A stretch of 64,000 bases of DNA from an uncultured virus (IMG/VR IMGVR_UViG_3300025646_006603) (lineage: Duplodnaviria > Heunggongvirae > Uroviricota > Caudoviricetes): the IMG/VR virus record IMGVR_UViG_3300025646_006603; one strand, written 5' to 3'. The notes under the pieces were generated by a model. It ran no database searches. It worked only from the letters and a program-made list of their open reading frames with translations, and had not been told where the DNA came from. Of the stretch, positions 29,865-39,745 are shown piece by piece (position 1 is the first letter of the stretch; each line of letters opens with the position of its first letter). The position numbers and the translations under genes are program-made.

Positions 29865-32800
29865 TTAGATATTTTCGAATGATGCTCCTGTTGGAGTAAT
29901 CAAGAATTCGATATCGATGAATTCAAGAGCTCTTGTTGGTTTTAGATAAATCTTACCTGTTAGGGTATTTGAATCTAAATCTTCAGGAGTGTTTGATACT
30001 GTTACACGGAAGTCAATCAAACCTCTATCTCTACGGATTGAATCCAAGATTGGGTTAACTGAATCCAAGAACTGTTGTCTTACTTTCTCATCGTTTTGTT
30101 CGAACAACAATCTAACCGCAACTGCTGAAATCAACTTACGAGCTTGTAGTAACAATCTTCTAACGTTGATTCTGTCAAGTGCAGATTCTTTAATTTGAAG
30201 GGTTTTGTTACCCCAAATTACTGTTCCTACATCTGAGAATGTTGCGATTGGGTTGATTCTACCTTTGTAAAGAGTATCTCTATCATCTTGAGTTAACTTC
30301 TTACGTGCTTTAACTGCATTTACAATACCTCTTGTGTAACCCGCAGATGCGAACCAAGGGAATGCAATGTTATCAGTCAATGCTAAGTTTCTAACTACTT
30401 CACCTGTTGGTGGTAAGTAGATTTGAGTATTGTTTGAAGTATCTCTTGTTAAAATCCAAGGATAGTAAGTTGCACTGTAGTTAGAGTCAATTCCTGAATC
30501 ATTTAACAAGTCAACCAACTCTTCAGGATAGATAAACTGAGTTTCGAAATCCGCAGTGTTTGGTGAGAACATATCGTAGTCAGGTGCAGTCAATACATAA
30601 ATTGAATCTGCTCTGTCTGTCTCAACAATATCAATTGCGTCATTTACTAACGAAGCGTTATTAACAAAATCAATACCTGGTGTTGTGAACACGTTAATGT
30701 TTACTGACTCAGGATTAGAGAATGTTGTTTGACCCCACAAGTATGCGTAGTAGTCAGTGTTTGCCCATTGTTGTTGGTCAGGACCTGTGATTGGTTTAAA
30801 GTAACCCCAACCTGTAGAACCTGGATAAGTAATTGAAGTTGAACTGTTACCTTTCAAGAAACCTGTATTACCTAACGAGAATGAATCACCGTTTGTACGA
30901 TATTCTCTGTAGATATCCCATCCGTCAAAACCACCTTGAGCTAATAAAGTGAACTTTCTAGCTGCTAATGAATAGTATGGGTTAGTATTGTTTTGTGGGT
31001 CAGATTGGAATGATGCATCACCTACATCAAAAGCTGATGTACCTGAAGATGTAAATCCACCTGAAATTGTTACAACAGTTGCTCCTGAGTCCATGTGGAA
31101 ACCTTTGGTCATTACTGGCCAATTTGTACCTTCACCGTCTGAAGATGTTGGAACTTGTTTACCTTTATACTCAAAGAAATCAGGGTCAATACCAACTGTA
31201 GATGAGAAACCTAAGTAAGTTTTTCTAACTCTATCACCAGCACTTCTAACTACGTTGTCAGAACCTGTTGTTGTACCAAATGGTGGGTTATAGATGATAT
31301 CACCAGGATTGTTATATTTTGTTTTATAAACAGGGAACGGATTTTTAGCTCCTGAATATTCTCTGAAGTTATAACCTTCAAATCCACAAGGAAGTGCGTC
31401 ATCAGGATGGTCTTCATCCATTTCAACCATTATAAATCTTGATTTTAATTCATACTCACCATTAGCAGTACCTACTCTTTGTGCTACATATGAGTTTTGT
31501 GTTGGGTTCATTGTACAGTTTGTAAACTTCTCCAATACTACAGGATTTGAATCCGTATCAAAGAAATCACGAACAATAATGTCAAATGTTTCATTACTAA
31601 ACTGCATGTTAGCTATAGAAACTTTAACTTGTCTGTTTGCTGCACTACCGTCAGAGATTAAGATAAACTTAAATAATCTATAAACTGTATTACCACGAAG
31701 TTCTGAAACTACATATGGTGTTTCAGGTGTTTGATAATTATTTAAATACCAACCAATTGAAGTCGTATCCAATCCTCTTGATTGTGGTAAAGCAATTAAT
31801 GACGAGTTAATACCTCTAATGTAACCATTATTATATGAATCATTCAAAGTTGTTTGGAAAACTTCTTCTAAGAAGATAGGAACTTCAGTTCTTGGTTTAG
31901 AGAAGTTACCCTTTCCAAATACCTTACTGATATAATTTGTTGCTGAACTATCGAATGATGTATCAAATGTAAAGTCATCACCACTACTTGTAACACCCGA
32001 AACTTGGAATGTTAATTTAGGGTTTGTACTAATACCTGAATATGCTCCTGTTGTGACTAATTGTACATCACTTGTACCTGTAACAGTATAAACAGGACCA
32101 CCTGAAGTGTCAGTTGTAACACCACGTGAACGAAGAGTTGCAACTACAACATCATCATAATCTGTGTACGATGTACCTGAATATTTTGAATAGTAAAGAT
32201 TAACAGAACCTGAAAACGCTCCACCACCATCATTATTTAATGTTTTAACCATACCACCAAAAGAGAAACCATAGTAGTGATTACCTCCGTAGTTATTAAA
32301 TAATGCATAATACCAAGGGTCATCATTAGGACTTGTATAATCCGCAGTAGATTCAGTAATACCTGAAACTCCAAAAGTTTCAGTGTCAGCACTATAACCA
32401 CCATTAATACTTGTTATATCAGTATATGAACTATCACTAACAGTACCCCAAAAATATGCAGTACCACCCGAACTATGTGGAGCATTTAATACAGATGTTA
32501 AGTATGTAACAAAATCTTGTCTAATACTTGATGTACCTCCATTAAATGTTGTATATGGTAATGCAAAATTAGTTGTTAGTGTTGAAGGAACTGTAAAACT
32601 AAATGTTCCATTTGTATTACCTGAGAATAATAAAATTTCAGGTCCTGTATTTCCTGTTACACCAACGGTTGTTTGGTCAACATTTGCTATTGTTGTTATG
32701 GACCACGATGGACCCGCATCGTAACCATTAAGACCCAAAACTCTTGTTACGAATAATTGATTTGACTGTTGTAAATAAGCTTTAGCGATGTAAGCTGCCT

Positions 32801-33026
32801 CATATTTTGGAATCTGAGTATTTACAAATTTTTCCGGTGATGTAGGACCGAAATACGTTTGAAATTCATCGAAGTTTGTGATGAAAATTGGTTCGAATGC
32901 TGGACCCTGAAGGGTTTCTCCAACAATACCCAATGTAGTTACACCTACGCTCTGAGCTACGAAACTTAGGTCTCTTTCAGAGGTATATACACCAGGAGAA
33001 ACGAATACTTTGTTTGATGTTGCCAT
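29865..33026 (-). CDS. Tail sheath protein, T4 gp18-like
   Basis: FVSPGVYTSERDLS N-term; YYPW, WFASAGYTRG, INPI..F...GTVIWGNKTL, LDRINVRRLL, IYLKPTRALEFI. Confidence 0.95.
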   Translation of the reverse strand: MATSNKVFVSPGVYTSERDLSFVAQSVGVTTLGIVGETLQGPAFEPIFITNFDEFQTYFGPTSPEKFVNTQIPKYEAAYIAKAYLQQSNQLFVTRVLGLNGYDAGPSWSITTIANVDQTTVGVTGNTGPEILLFSGNTNGTFSFTVPSTLTTNFALPYTTFNGGTSSIRQDFVTYLTSVLNAPHSSGGTAYFWGTVSDSSYTDITSINGGYSADTETFGVSGITESTADYTSPNDDPWYYALFNNYGGNHYYGFSFGGMVKTLNNDGGGAFSGSVNLYYSKYSGTSYTDYDDVVVATLRSRGVTTDTSGGPVYTVTGTSDVQLVTTGAYSGISTNPKLTFQVSGVTSSGDDFTFDTSFDSSATNYISKVFGKGNFSKPRTEVPIFLEEVFQTTLNDSYNNGYIRGINSSLIALPQSRGLDTTSIGWYLNNYQTPETPYVVSELRGNTVYRLFKFILISDGSAANRQVKVSIANMQFSNETFDIIVRDFFDTDSNPVVLEKFTNCTMNPTQNSYVAQRVGTANGEYELKSRFIMVEMDEDHPDDALPCGFEGYNFREYSGAKNPFPVYKTKYNNPGDIIYNPPFGTTTGSDNVVRSAGDRVRKTYLGFSSTVGIDPDFFEYKGKQVPTSSDGEGTNWPVMTKGFHMDSGATVVTISGGFTSSGTSAFDVGDASFQSDPQNNTNPYYSLAARKFTLLAQGGFDGWDIYREYRTNGDSFSLGNTGFLKGNSSTSITYPGSTGWGYFKPITGPDQQQWANTDYYAYLWGQTTFSNPESVNINVFTTPGIDFVNNASLVNDAIDIVETDRADSIYVLTAPDYDMFSPNTADFETQFIYPEELVDLLNDSGIDSNYSATYYPWILTRDTSNNTQIYLPPTGEVVRNLALTDNIAFPWFASAGYTRGIVNAVKARKKLTQDDRDTLYKGRINPIATFSDVGTVIWGNKTLQIKESALDRINVRRLLLQARKLISAVAVRLLFEQNDEKVRQQFLDSVNPILDSIRRDRGLIDFRVTVSNTPEDLDSNTLTGKIYLKPTRALEFIDIEFLITPTGASFENI

Positions 33027-33060
33027 TTAACTTGTTATTTCTTTTAGATTTATTTTTATG

Positions 33061-33067
33061 ATAAATA
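33061..33067 (-). promoter_or_regulatory. TATTTAT motif upstream of sheath gene
   Basis: Recurring upstream motif. Confidence 0.5.
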
Positions 33068-33153
33068 TTTAGAAAAATATCAAAAAACATTTACTTAAGG
33101 GTAATATTTATTATCAGTAAGAATTTTTTCTGCCTTTTTTCTACCTACAAATT

Positions 33154-33303
33154 ATGAGTGAGATTAAAAACCTAAAAATATCAAAAGAAGTTCACCAGGT
33201 CCTAAAAACCTATTGTGATGATAATGGTTTAAAAATGTATAAGTTTTTAGAAAAACTTATTATGGAAAAATGCAAGAAGAAAAAAGATATATACGGTGAA
33301 TAA
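33154..33303 (+). CDS. Small ribbon-helix-helix-like DNA-binding protein (49 aa; absent from ORF track)
   Basis: MSEIKNLKISKEVHQVLKTYCDDNGLKMYKFLEKLIMEKCKKKKDIYGE: strand-helix-G-helix pattern. Confidence 0.65.
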   Translation: MSEIKNLKISKEVHQVLKTYCDDNGLKMYKFLEKLIMEKCKKKKDIYGE

Positions 33304-34344
33304 TTACTTAAGGTATGCAACTCCGTTAATTGATGCGGATTTTGAACCATCTGATTTTGTAATAACAATCTTAACTAAATCACCGTCAGTTATTTGAATA
33401 GTACTTATATCCTCACCAACATAATAGTCATTAATATACACATCATATGATGTGACATTAGTGGTTGTTTCAACCAATAAATCTACGGTATATCTAAATG
33501 TCTCACTCTTTTCAGTTTGAGATTCTGAAAAAGCAATATTCAAATTAAAGTTGTCAGGTCTTGATGGCTCTGCTTTTGCTTTTCTTGCACCCCTTTTTGT
33601 TTCCACTTCAAACATTGTTAGTGCTCTTGTAATTGCAGGTGAAATTTGAAATTCTTCTTCATCCATTAAAAATCCTAACATAGTGAAGTTATAGTTTTGA
33701 ACATAAAACTTTCTCTTGTTAACCTCTGTTACTGAATTATCAGAAACATTATTCAATATGATTGGAATGTAATGTCCTTTAATAAAGGTATACGCTTGGC
33801 GTGAACTAAACTTTTGTAAAACAATTTTGTTAAACTGATTAAGTTCTCTCATTCTATTACAAACAATTTTAACATCATATGTGATATCAACAGGAACAGG
33901 TTGTGGAATCTTATAAATGTCCATACCCTTTCTTGTACCGTCCCAAGTTGGAACCTGAGCATATAGAAACTCTTTTCTATTAGGTATTGTATATTGTAAA
34001 GATGGATTTGAACCATATGGAACTTCAGGTTGTCTAACCGTTGTAATAAAAGGTAACTGAACGTTACCATTCAAATCCTCAATGTTCCATGTTTGTGTAA
34101 ACTGAGCCCAATTCTGAAGAGTAATAATTAAATCAATGTTATGAACTTTACTACCGTCAACAACACACTCCAATTCATCACGAACAAAATCCAACATACC
34201 CCTATCCAAATCGGCATGTAAAATACCCTTAGGTAAATAAGTTCCGTCCTTTTGGATATATTCCAAAAGTTGTTCTCTTCTCTCTAAAAGTTGTTTTTCA
34301 GGAGTAAGTGGTAAATATTTTTTTATTTGTTTAGGTAATGCCAT
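33304..34344 (-). CDS. Tail terminator/sheath stabiliser, T4 gp15-like
   Basis: LP.IT..R, PQPVPVDITYDVKI...MRELNQF; position between neck and sheath genes. Confidence 0.6.
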   Translation of the reverse strand: MALPKQIKKYLPLTPEKQLLERREQLLEYIQKDGTYLPKGILHADLDRGMLDFVRDELECVVDGSKVHNIDLIITLQNWAQFTQTWNIEDLNGNVQLPFITTVRQPEVPYGSNPSLQYTIPNRKEFLYAQVPTWDGTRKGMDIYKIPQPVPVDITYDVKIVCNRMRELNQFNKIVLQKFSSRQAYTFIKGHYIPIILNNVSDNSVTEVNKRKFYVQNYNFTMLGFLMDEEEFQISPAITRALTMFEVETKRGARKAKAEPSRPDNFNLNIAFSESQTEKSETFRYTVDLLVETTTNVTSYDVYINDYYVGEDISTIQITDGDLVKIVITKSDGSKSASINGVAYLK

Positions 34345-34859
34345 TATATTCCTCTAAATTCGTTTTCTGACACAGGTGTTGCAGTATAAGTATAATAGAA
34401 ACTTCTGTATCCACCGTATGTGTGTTTATTGTCATAGTCAGGGGTTGCCGCATCTATAACTGAATAATATTTGATTTCATTCTCTCTAATCCAATAACCT
34501 ATATAGTCACCTAACTTAATATCAATATCTTTTTCTTGTAATTCTTTTGTATAAACAGAAAAGATAAGATTACCTGGTTCGTTTTGTAATAATCTACTTC
34601 CATTAATAAAATCATTTGTTGGAGCTTCAATTCTTACCAAAGCATTAAACTCAACAGGTGGGTAAAATTGTACACCGTCAGAACTAACCTCTCCATATAC
34701 ATCATCCTTAACTGTTCTTTGTGAGTCAACACTATATAATACAAGAGTAAAGTTCATGTCTCCGTTCAACCACTCTCGACCCATTTCTATTTCGAGATTG
34801 AAGTCCTCGGACCCAAAAAACTTATTCAAACGTGTTATCGGTACTCTTCTCTGTGCCAT
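34344..34859 (-). CDS. Neck/head-closure protein, T4 gp14-like (start revised to ATG 34859)
   Basis: MAQRRVP...DDVYGE...F..PVE...GD; TATTTAT motif at 34866-34872 supports this start. Confidence 0.6.
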   Translation of the reverse strand: MAQRRVPITRLNKFFGSEDFNLEIEMGREWLNGDMNFTLVLYSVDSQRTVKDDVYGEVSSDGVQFYPPVEFNALVRIEAPTNDFINGSRLLQNEPGNLIFSVYTKELQEKDIDIKLGDYIGYWIRENEIKYYSVIDAATPDYDNKHTYGGYRSFYYTYTATPVSENEFRGI

Positions 34860-34904
34860 ATATTGATAAATATTTGATTTTTGATTATATTTAAATTTAT
34901 TTCT

Positions 34905-36671
34905 ATGATGCAAGAAAACAACAATACAATTTCTAACATACCTGAAATTAAAGCCATGCGTGTTCTTGAAGAATACGAAGGTTTTAATAACTATATTCTT
35001 GCAATAAAAAAGAAGAAAGAAAATTCCAAAAATTTCAAGATTACAAGAGCACAAGCTGACTACATAAACAACTATAAAGATGTTGTTCCAAAACTAGCAA
35101 GAAGATGGGTTCCATTGGATTCTTATTTTTCAAAAAGAATGATGGAAGACAAACTATTAACAAAAGAACCTGAAAAGATTTATATTGAAAAACTTTTAGT
35201 TGAAAAAGATAAAGCATTTCATATTTGGGGTCGACTATTTGAATCCGAAGAATTTTATGATTTTTGGTTACCAAAAGCCGCAATTATAGGAAAGAAAGAA
35301 AATAAAGTTGAAATAGATTATTCAAAGTATTCTAATCGACCTCCGTTGGAACACCAAAAAGAAGCAATTGAAAAGTTGGTGGCTAATGACAAATACATCC
35401 TTGCAGATGACATGGGTTTGGGTAAAACAACATCAACCGTTATAGGTACATTAGAATCAAAATCCGAAAAAGTTTTAATTATTTGTCCCGCATCACTTAA
35501 GATTAACTGGATGAGGGAAATACAAAATTACACAGATAAAACAATTTCAATCATCGAAGGTAAAAATTGGGAAAGTGCCGACTATATGATTATCAACTAT
35601 GATATCCTTAAAAACTTTCACGATTCAAAACTACCTGACGAATCAAAAATTTTAAATGAAGGTTTTGATTTGGTTGTTGTCGATGAAGCTCACTACATTC
35701 AAAACGCACAAGCACAAAGAACAAAGATTGTTAATGATGTTTGTAAGAAAATTGGTCGGGTATGGTTACTAACAGGTACTCCGATGACATCAAGACCGAT
35801 GAACTACTACAACCTTCTTAATCTTGTTGATAGTCCCGTCGCTTACAATTGGATGGCATATGTAAAAAGATATTGTAATGGATATCAGTTCACTGTTGGT
35901 AAACGAAAAGTATGGAACGTTCAAGGGGCTGACAATCTTGAAGAACTAAGAGACCGTACCAAAACTCATGTACTTAGAAGATTAAAAGAAGACATATTAG
36001 ATTTACCAGACAAAATTATTACACCCGTTTATTTGAGATTAAAATCTCGTGATTATGAACAACTAATGGGTGAATATTATGACTGGTATGAACAATCAGA
36101 TGAATCATCATCATTGACCGTTCAATTTTCAAAGTTAATGAAAGTTAGACAAGTAATTGCCGAAAATAAGGTAAAAGAAACTTGTGAACTTGCAGAAAAC
36201 ATAATTGAACAAGGTAAAAAAGTTATCATATTCACAAACTTTACAAACACACTGAATATGATAAAAGAACATTTTGGGAAAGCAGCAGTAACTTTAGATG
36301 GTAGTATGTCTAAACCTGCCCGTCAACATTCGGTTGACCAATTCCAAGAGAACGATAAAATAAAAGTGTTCGTTGGTAACTTAAAAGCTGCGGGTGTTGG
36401 TATCACCTTAACAGCTGCAGAAGCTGCCATTATGAACGACTTATCATTTGTACCTTCTGACCACGCACAAGCAGAAGACCGAGCCTATAGATATGGACAA
36501 AAATCAAACGTATCTATATTCTACCCAATATTTGAAAACACAATCGAAGGTGTTATCTATGATATCCTATCAAAGAAGAAGAATATTTTTGAAACTGTAA
36601 TGGGTGACAACGAAGGTAAAGGTGATACTCTAGAAGAAATATTAAATGAGATTTCACAAAGAAGAAAATAA
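34905..36671 (+). CDS. SNF2-family helicase (SMARCAL1/HARP-like)
   Basis: LADDMGLGKT, ICPASLKINW, VVDEAH, LTGTP, AAGVGITLTAA, QAEDRAYRYGQ. Confidence 0.92.
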   Translation: MMQENNNTISNIPEIKAMRVLEEYEGFNNYILAIKKKKENSKNFKITRAQADYINNYKDVVPKLARRWVPLDSYFSKRMMEDKLLTKEPEKIYIEKLLVEKDKAFHIWGRLFESEEFYDFWLPKAAIIGKKENKVEIDYSKYSNRPPLEHQKEAIEKLVANDKYILADDMGLGKTTSTVIGTLESKSEKVLIICPASLKINWMREIQNYTDKTISIIEGKNWESADYMIINYDILKNFHDSKLPDESKILNEGFDLVVVDEAHYIQNAQAQRTKIVNDVCKKIGRVWLLTGTPMTSRPMNYYNLLNLVDSPVAYNWMAYVKRYCNGYQFTVGKRKVWNVQGADNLEELRDRTKTHVLRRLKEDILDLPDKIITPVYLRLKSRDYEQLMGEYYDWYEQSDESSSLTVQFSKLMKVRQVIAENKVKETCELAENIIEQGKKVIIFTNFTNTLNMIKEHFGKAAVTLDGSMSKPARQHSVDQFQENDKIKVFVGNLKAAGVGITLTAAEAAIMNDLSFVPSDHAQAEDRAYRYGQKSNVSIFYPIFENTIEGVIYDILSKKKNIFETVMGDNEGKGDTLEEILNEISQRRK

Positions 36672-36711
36672 CCTTTTTACATCTAGAGATTATTTATTAA
36701 TAAAACTTTAG

Positions 36712-38274
36712 ATGGGTTTCAAAAAACTAAAACAAAGAGTTAAAGAACTCGAAGAACAAATCAACAAAAATGTTGCAGATAACAATACGATTAAAGAATC
36801 TGTAACGGAAAAATCACGCAAAGAAATTTTATTAGAAATGAAAAAAATTGGTATTGAAAAATTACCATACTCCTATTCTGCCTTAGATACATTCATCGAC
36901 AAAGAGACAATGTATGTACATTACAATAAACATTACAAGGGGTATGTAGACAAGTTAAATAAGGCAATTGAAAAAAGAAAAGGTCCTGATTTGGACTTAG
37001 AACAAATTGTAAAAGGTATAAGTAGATTTAATAATAGTATTAAAGATAATGCTGGCGGTGCATTTAACCACGCACTGTTTTGGAAGATGTTAACACCAAA
37101 AAATACTCGTGTATATGGTCCTATACTTAGAAAAATTAAAGAAGAATTTGGTACATACGAGGATTTTAAAAAAGAATTTGAAAAGAAAGCTAAATCTAAA
37201 TTTGGCTCTGGATGGGTTTGGTTAGTGGTAACTAACAACGATAAGTTAAAGATTATGACCACATCCAATCAAGACAACCCGTTGATGAACACAGTAAAGT
37301 TTGGCGGTTACCCTATACTTGGTTTAGACCTTTGGGAGCACGCATATTACTTGAAATACAGGAATCGAAGAGACGAATACGTTGAGAATTTTTGGAAAGT
37401 AATTAACTGGCCTTTTGTTAATAAACTTTATTTAGGTAGAACAAAAGACAAAGTTAAAGAAGGAAAGTTTATTCAACAAGTAATTAATGAGGGTGTTTCT
37501 GCAGGATGTAATGCAAAACAAGTTAACACATATAGAATGATATTTAACCGAAATCCACAGGTTAAAAAGAAATTTATGTTTGCAATTATGGATATATTAA
37601 AAGAAGTATTTGCCGATTATTGGTTTGAAAAGAATGAATATGCATCAGGTCAAATGTCAGGAATATACGACTATGAACAACCAGGTCGTTCTGTAATTAA
37701 TAAGTTAAACACTAATTACACTGCATTTTGTACATTAACTAATGATATAAACCAATACTTAAAAAAAGTTGGTATAAATCCAATCAATTATATTGGTCAA
37801 AACGAACAACAACAGTTATCCGAAACAGATAGATTGATTAGGTACATGACGGAATTACGATATAGGATTTTTAATCCTGAATCAAGTACATTCCAAACAA
37901 TTATGTCAGGATTAGATAGGTCCAATAAATTTGGAGATAAGAGAGAAATAAATGCAGTAGTAAACCTAAAAGATATTTTTGGAACTCAAGAAGTTTTTAA
38001 AGTAGGAGAATTAGGTGGTGTTGATGATATGTTAGGTGGTATTGACGCATATGTTGAAACTCCTGAAGGTAAAAAAACAATGCAGATTAAACCATTTAAT
38101 GATATTAAAGAAGAAGATGGCAAAGTAACTGTATTTGGTAGTGGTAATGTTAAACCATACAAAACAGATTATTTAGTATTTCATAATGATAAAGATGGTA
38201 CAGTTGTGTTCAAAAACAACGCCGAAATTGTTGATGGAAGGTACGTGTTCAGTGTTGATGATAGAATCAATTAA
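36712..38274 (+). CDS. sod: Fe/Mn superoxide dismutase (Mn-type signature) fused to an uncharacterised C-terminal domain
   Basis: LPYSYSAL, HYNKHY, GGAFNHALFW, FGSGWVWL, NQDNP, DLWEHAYY; about 270 extra C-terminal residues. Confidence 0.88.
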   Translation: MGFKKLKQRVKELEEQINKNVADNNTIKESVTEKSRKEILLEMKKIGIEKLPYSYSALDTFIDKETMYVHYNKHYKGYVDKLNKAIEKRKGPDLDLEQIVKGISRFNNSIKDNAGGAFNHALFWKMLTPKNTRVYGPILRKIKEEFGTYEDFKKEFEKKAKSKFGSGWVWLVVTNNDKLKIMTTSNQDNPLMNTVKFGGYPILGLDLWEHAYYLKYRNRRDEYVENFWKVINWPFVNKLYLGRTKDKVKEGKFIQQVINEGVSAGCNAKQVNTYRMIFNRNPQVKKKFMFAIMDILKEVFADYWFEKNEYASGQMSGIYDYEQPGRSVINKLNTNYTAFCTLTNDINQYLKKVGINPINYIGQNEQQQLSETDRLIRYMTELRYRIFNPESSTFQTIMSGLDRSNKFGDKREINAVVNLKDIFGTQEVFKVGELGGVDDMLGGIDAYVETPEGKKTMQIKPFNDIKEEDGKVTVFGSGNVKPYKTDYLVFHNDKDGTVVFKNNAEIVDGRYVFSVDDRIN

Positions 38275-38312
38275 AGAAATTGTATTTGAATGATATTTAT
38301 AAATAAAAGTTC

Positions 38313-39434
38313 ATGGCTGTAACTAATATCATCAAAGAACCGGATAGAAGTAAATTATACACTCGTATTAGACACCTTTTGGGTGCACCAATTAGAAGTG
38401 TAGAAATTGAAGACGAAATGATGGATTCCCTTTTGGAATTATCAATTCAGGACTACGCACAATATGTTAATGATTGGTTGATTGAAAATCAGTGGACTTC
38501 CTTGTACGGAATGAATCTTGATGAACAATCACTAACAAGAGCATTTACTACTCGTTCTTTAGATTGGGAAACTCAATATACTTACGCATATTCTAAAATT
38601 GTTGGACTACAAGCTGGTGGTGATTGGGTTCTGAAAAAAGATTATGTTGATTTAGTACCAGGACAACAAATTTATGAAATACCTGCAGGTCGTGAAGTTA
38701 ACGAACTTTTATGGTTTTCAAGGTCTGAATTAGATGCCGCATTCTTTGACCCATTTATGGGTGGATTTGGTGGATTTGGTGGAATTGGATTAGGTGGCGC
38801 AGCCGGTTTCTCTCAAATGGGAACTATGGGTAACTATTTTATTACACCAGCATTTGATATCTTGTTAAGAATGCAAGACATCAATATTAAAAGAAGAATT
38901 ATTTCAGGTGAATTAACATATAGAATTACCGCATTACCTGATGGTAAAAAAGCACTTCATTTAATGAACGTACCTGGTGGTAAATTTGATTTTGGAAATA
39001 TTCAATATAACGAGTATAGATGTTGGTATTGGTATTACGATACAGATGATAGAGAAGCTTGTTTAGCGGCAAACCCTGATGTTGTAAAATTACCTTCTGA
39101 TATTCCAATCGATGAAATGTCGTGGACAGAACTAAACTCACCCGCACAAACATGGGTACGTAGATGGTTTACTGCTTACGTTAAAGAAACTTTAGGTAGG
39201 GTTAGAGGTAAATTTAGTGGTAATTTAAAAACGCCAGATTCAGAAGTCACTTTAGAATATGATTCATTGTTAACAGAAGCAAAAGATGAAAAATCTAAAT
39301 TAATGGAAGAATTAACTGCGAGATTAGAAAGATTACGTCCTGAAAAAATGATGGAAAGAGAGGCTAATGTTGCAGAACAATTAAATAAATCGCTCCAATA
39401 CAGAGCGTTCCCAAGACAATTTTATGTAATTTAA
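38313..39434 (+). CDS. Neck protein, T4 gp13-like
   Basis: LGAPIRSVEIEDEM, WVRRWFTAYVKETLGRVRGKF, LLTEAKDEK. Confidence 0.78.
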   Translation: MAVTNIIKEPDRSKLYTRIRHLLGAPIRSVEIEDEMMDSLLELSIQDYAQYVNDWLIENQWTSLYGMNLDEQSLTRAFTTRSLDWETQYTYAYSKIVGLQAGGDWVLKKDYVDLVPGQQIYEIPAGREVNELLWFSRSELDAAFFDPFMGGFGGFGGIGLGGAAGFSQMGTMGNYFITPAFDILLRMQDINIKRRIISGELTYRITALPDGKKALHLMNVPGGKFDFGNIQYNEYRCWYWYYDTDDREACLAANPDVVKLPSDIPIDEMSWTELNSPAQTWVRRWFTAYVKETLGRVRGKFSGNLKTPDSEVTLEYDSLLTEAKDEKSKLMEELTARLERLRPEKMMEREANVAEQLNKSLQYRAFPRQFYVI

Positions 39435-39436
39435 TT

Positions 39437-39745
39437 ATGTCAGTTTTTAGAACAAAAGATAGTGCAGTTATTACTCTTCGTGATTACACAACAAAAGAAG
39501 AAAAATACTTAATTGTTAGAGCTTATGAAGGTCAACAAAGTGGTGAAACAGTAAAAGTAACGTTAAACCACAATGTTAACAAACACATCACAATTAAATC
39601 ATTAACGGATTGTGTGATTGAATCACCACATTCGTTTGATTTAGAATTTGATGAAATCGTACTTAACAAATTTGCAAGTATTGAATTGAAAAATGTTGGT
39701 GATGTTTGGTATATACTTTCATCAGATGGATTAAAGAATTCTTAA
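39437..39745 (+). CDS. Hypothetical beta-rich protein (possible structural/fibre-like domain)
   Basis: 102 aa ending ...ASIEL....VWYILSSD. Confidence 0.65.
   Translation: MSVFRTKDSAVITLRDYTTKEEKYLIVRAYEGQQSGETVKVTLNHNVNKHITIKSLTDCVIESPHSFDLEFDEIVLNKFASIELKNVGDVWYILSSDGLKNS

Noticed and set aside
1988..34859. Bacterial extracellular contractile injection system, or eukaryotic giant virus
   Set aside because: Neck proteins and T4-like replication genes occur together with sheath and baseplate genes, indicating a tailed phage
34860..35054. N-terminal extension of the 236-aa neck ORF
   Set aside because: Overlaps the divergent SNF2 gene; ATG 34859 with an upstream TATTTAT motif is a better start
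38755..38830. Gly-rich GGFGGFGGIGLGG nucleotide repeat in the neck gene
   Set aside because: Low-complexity coding loop; no sign of an independent DNA element
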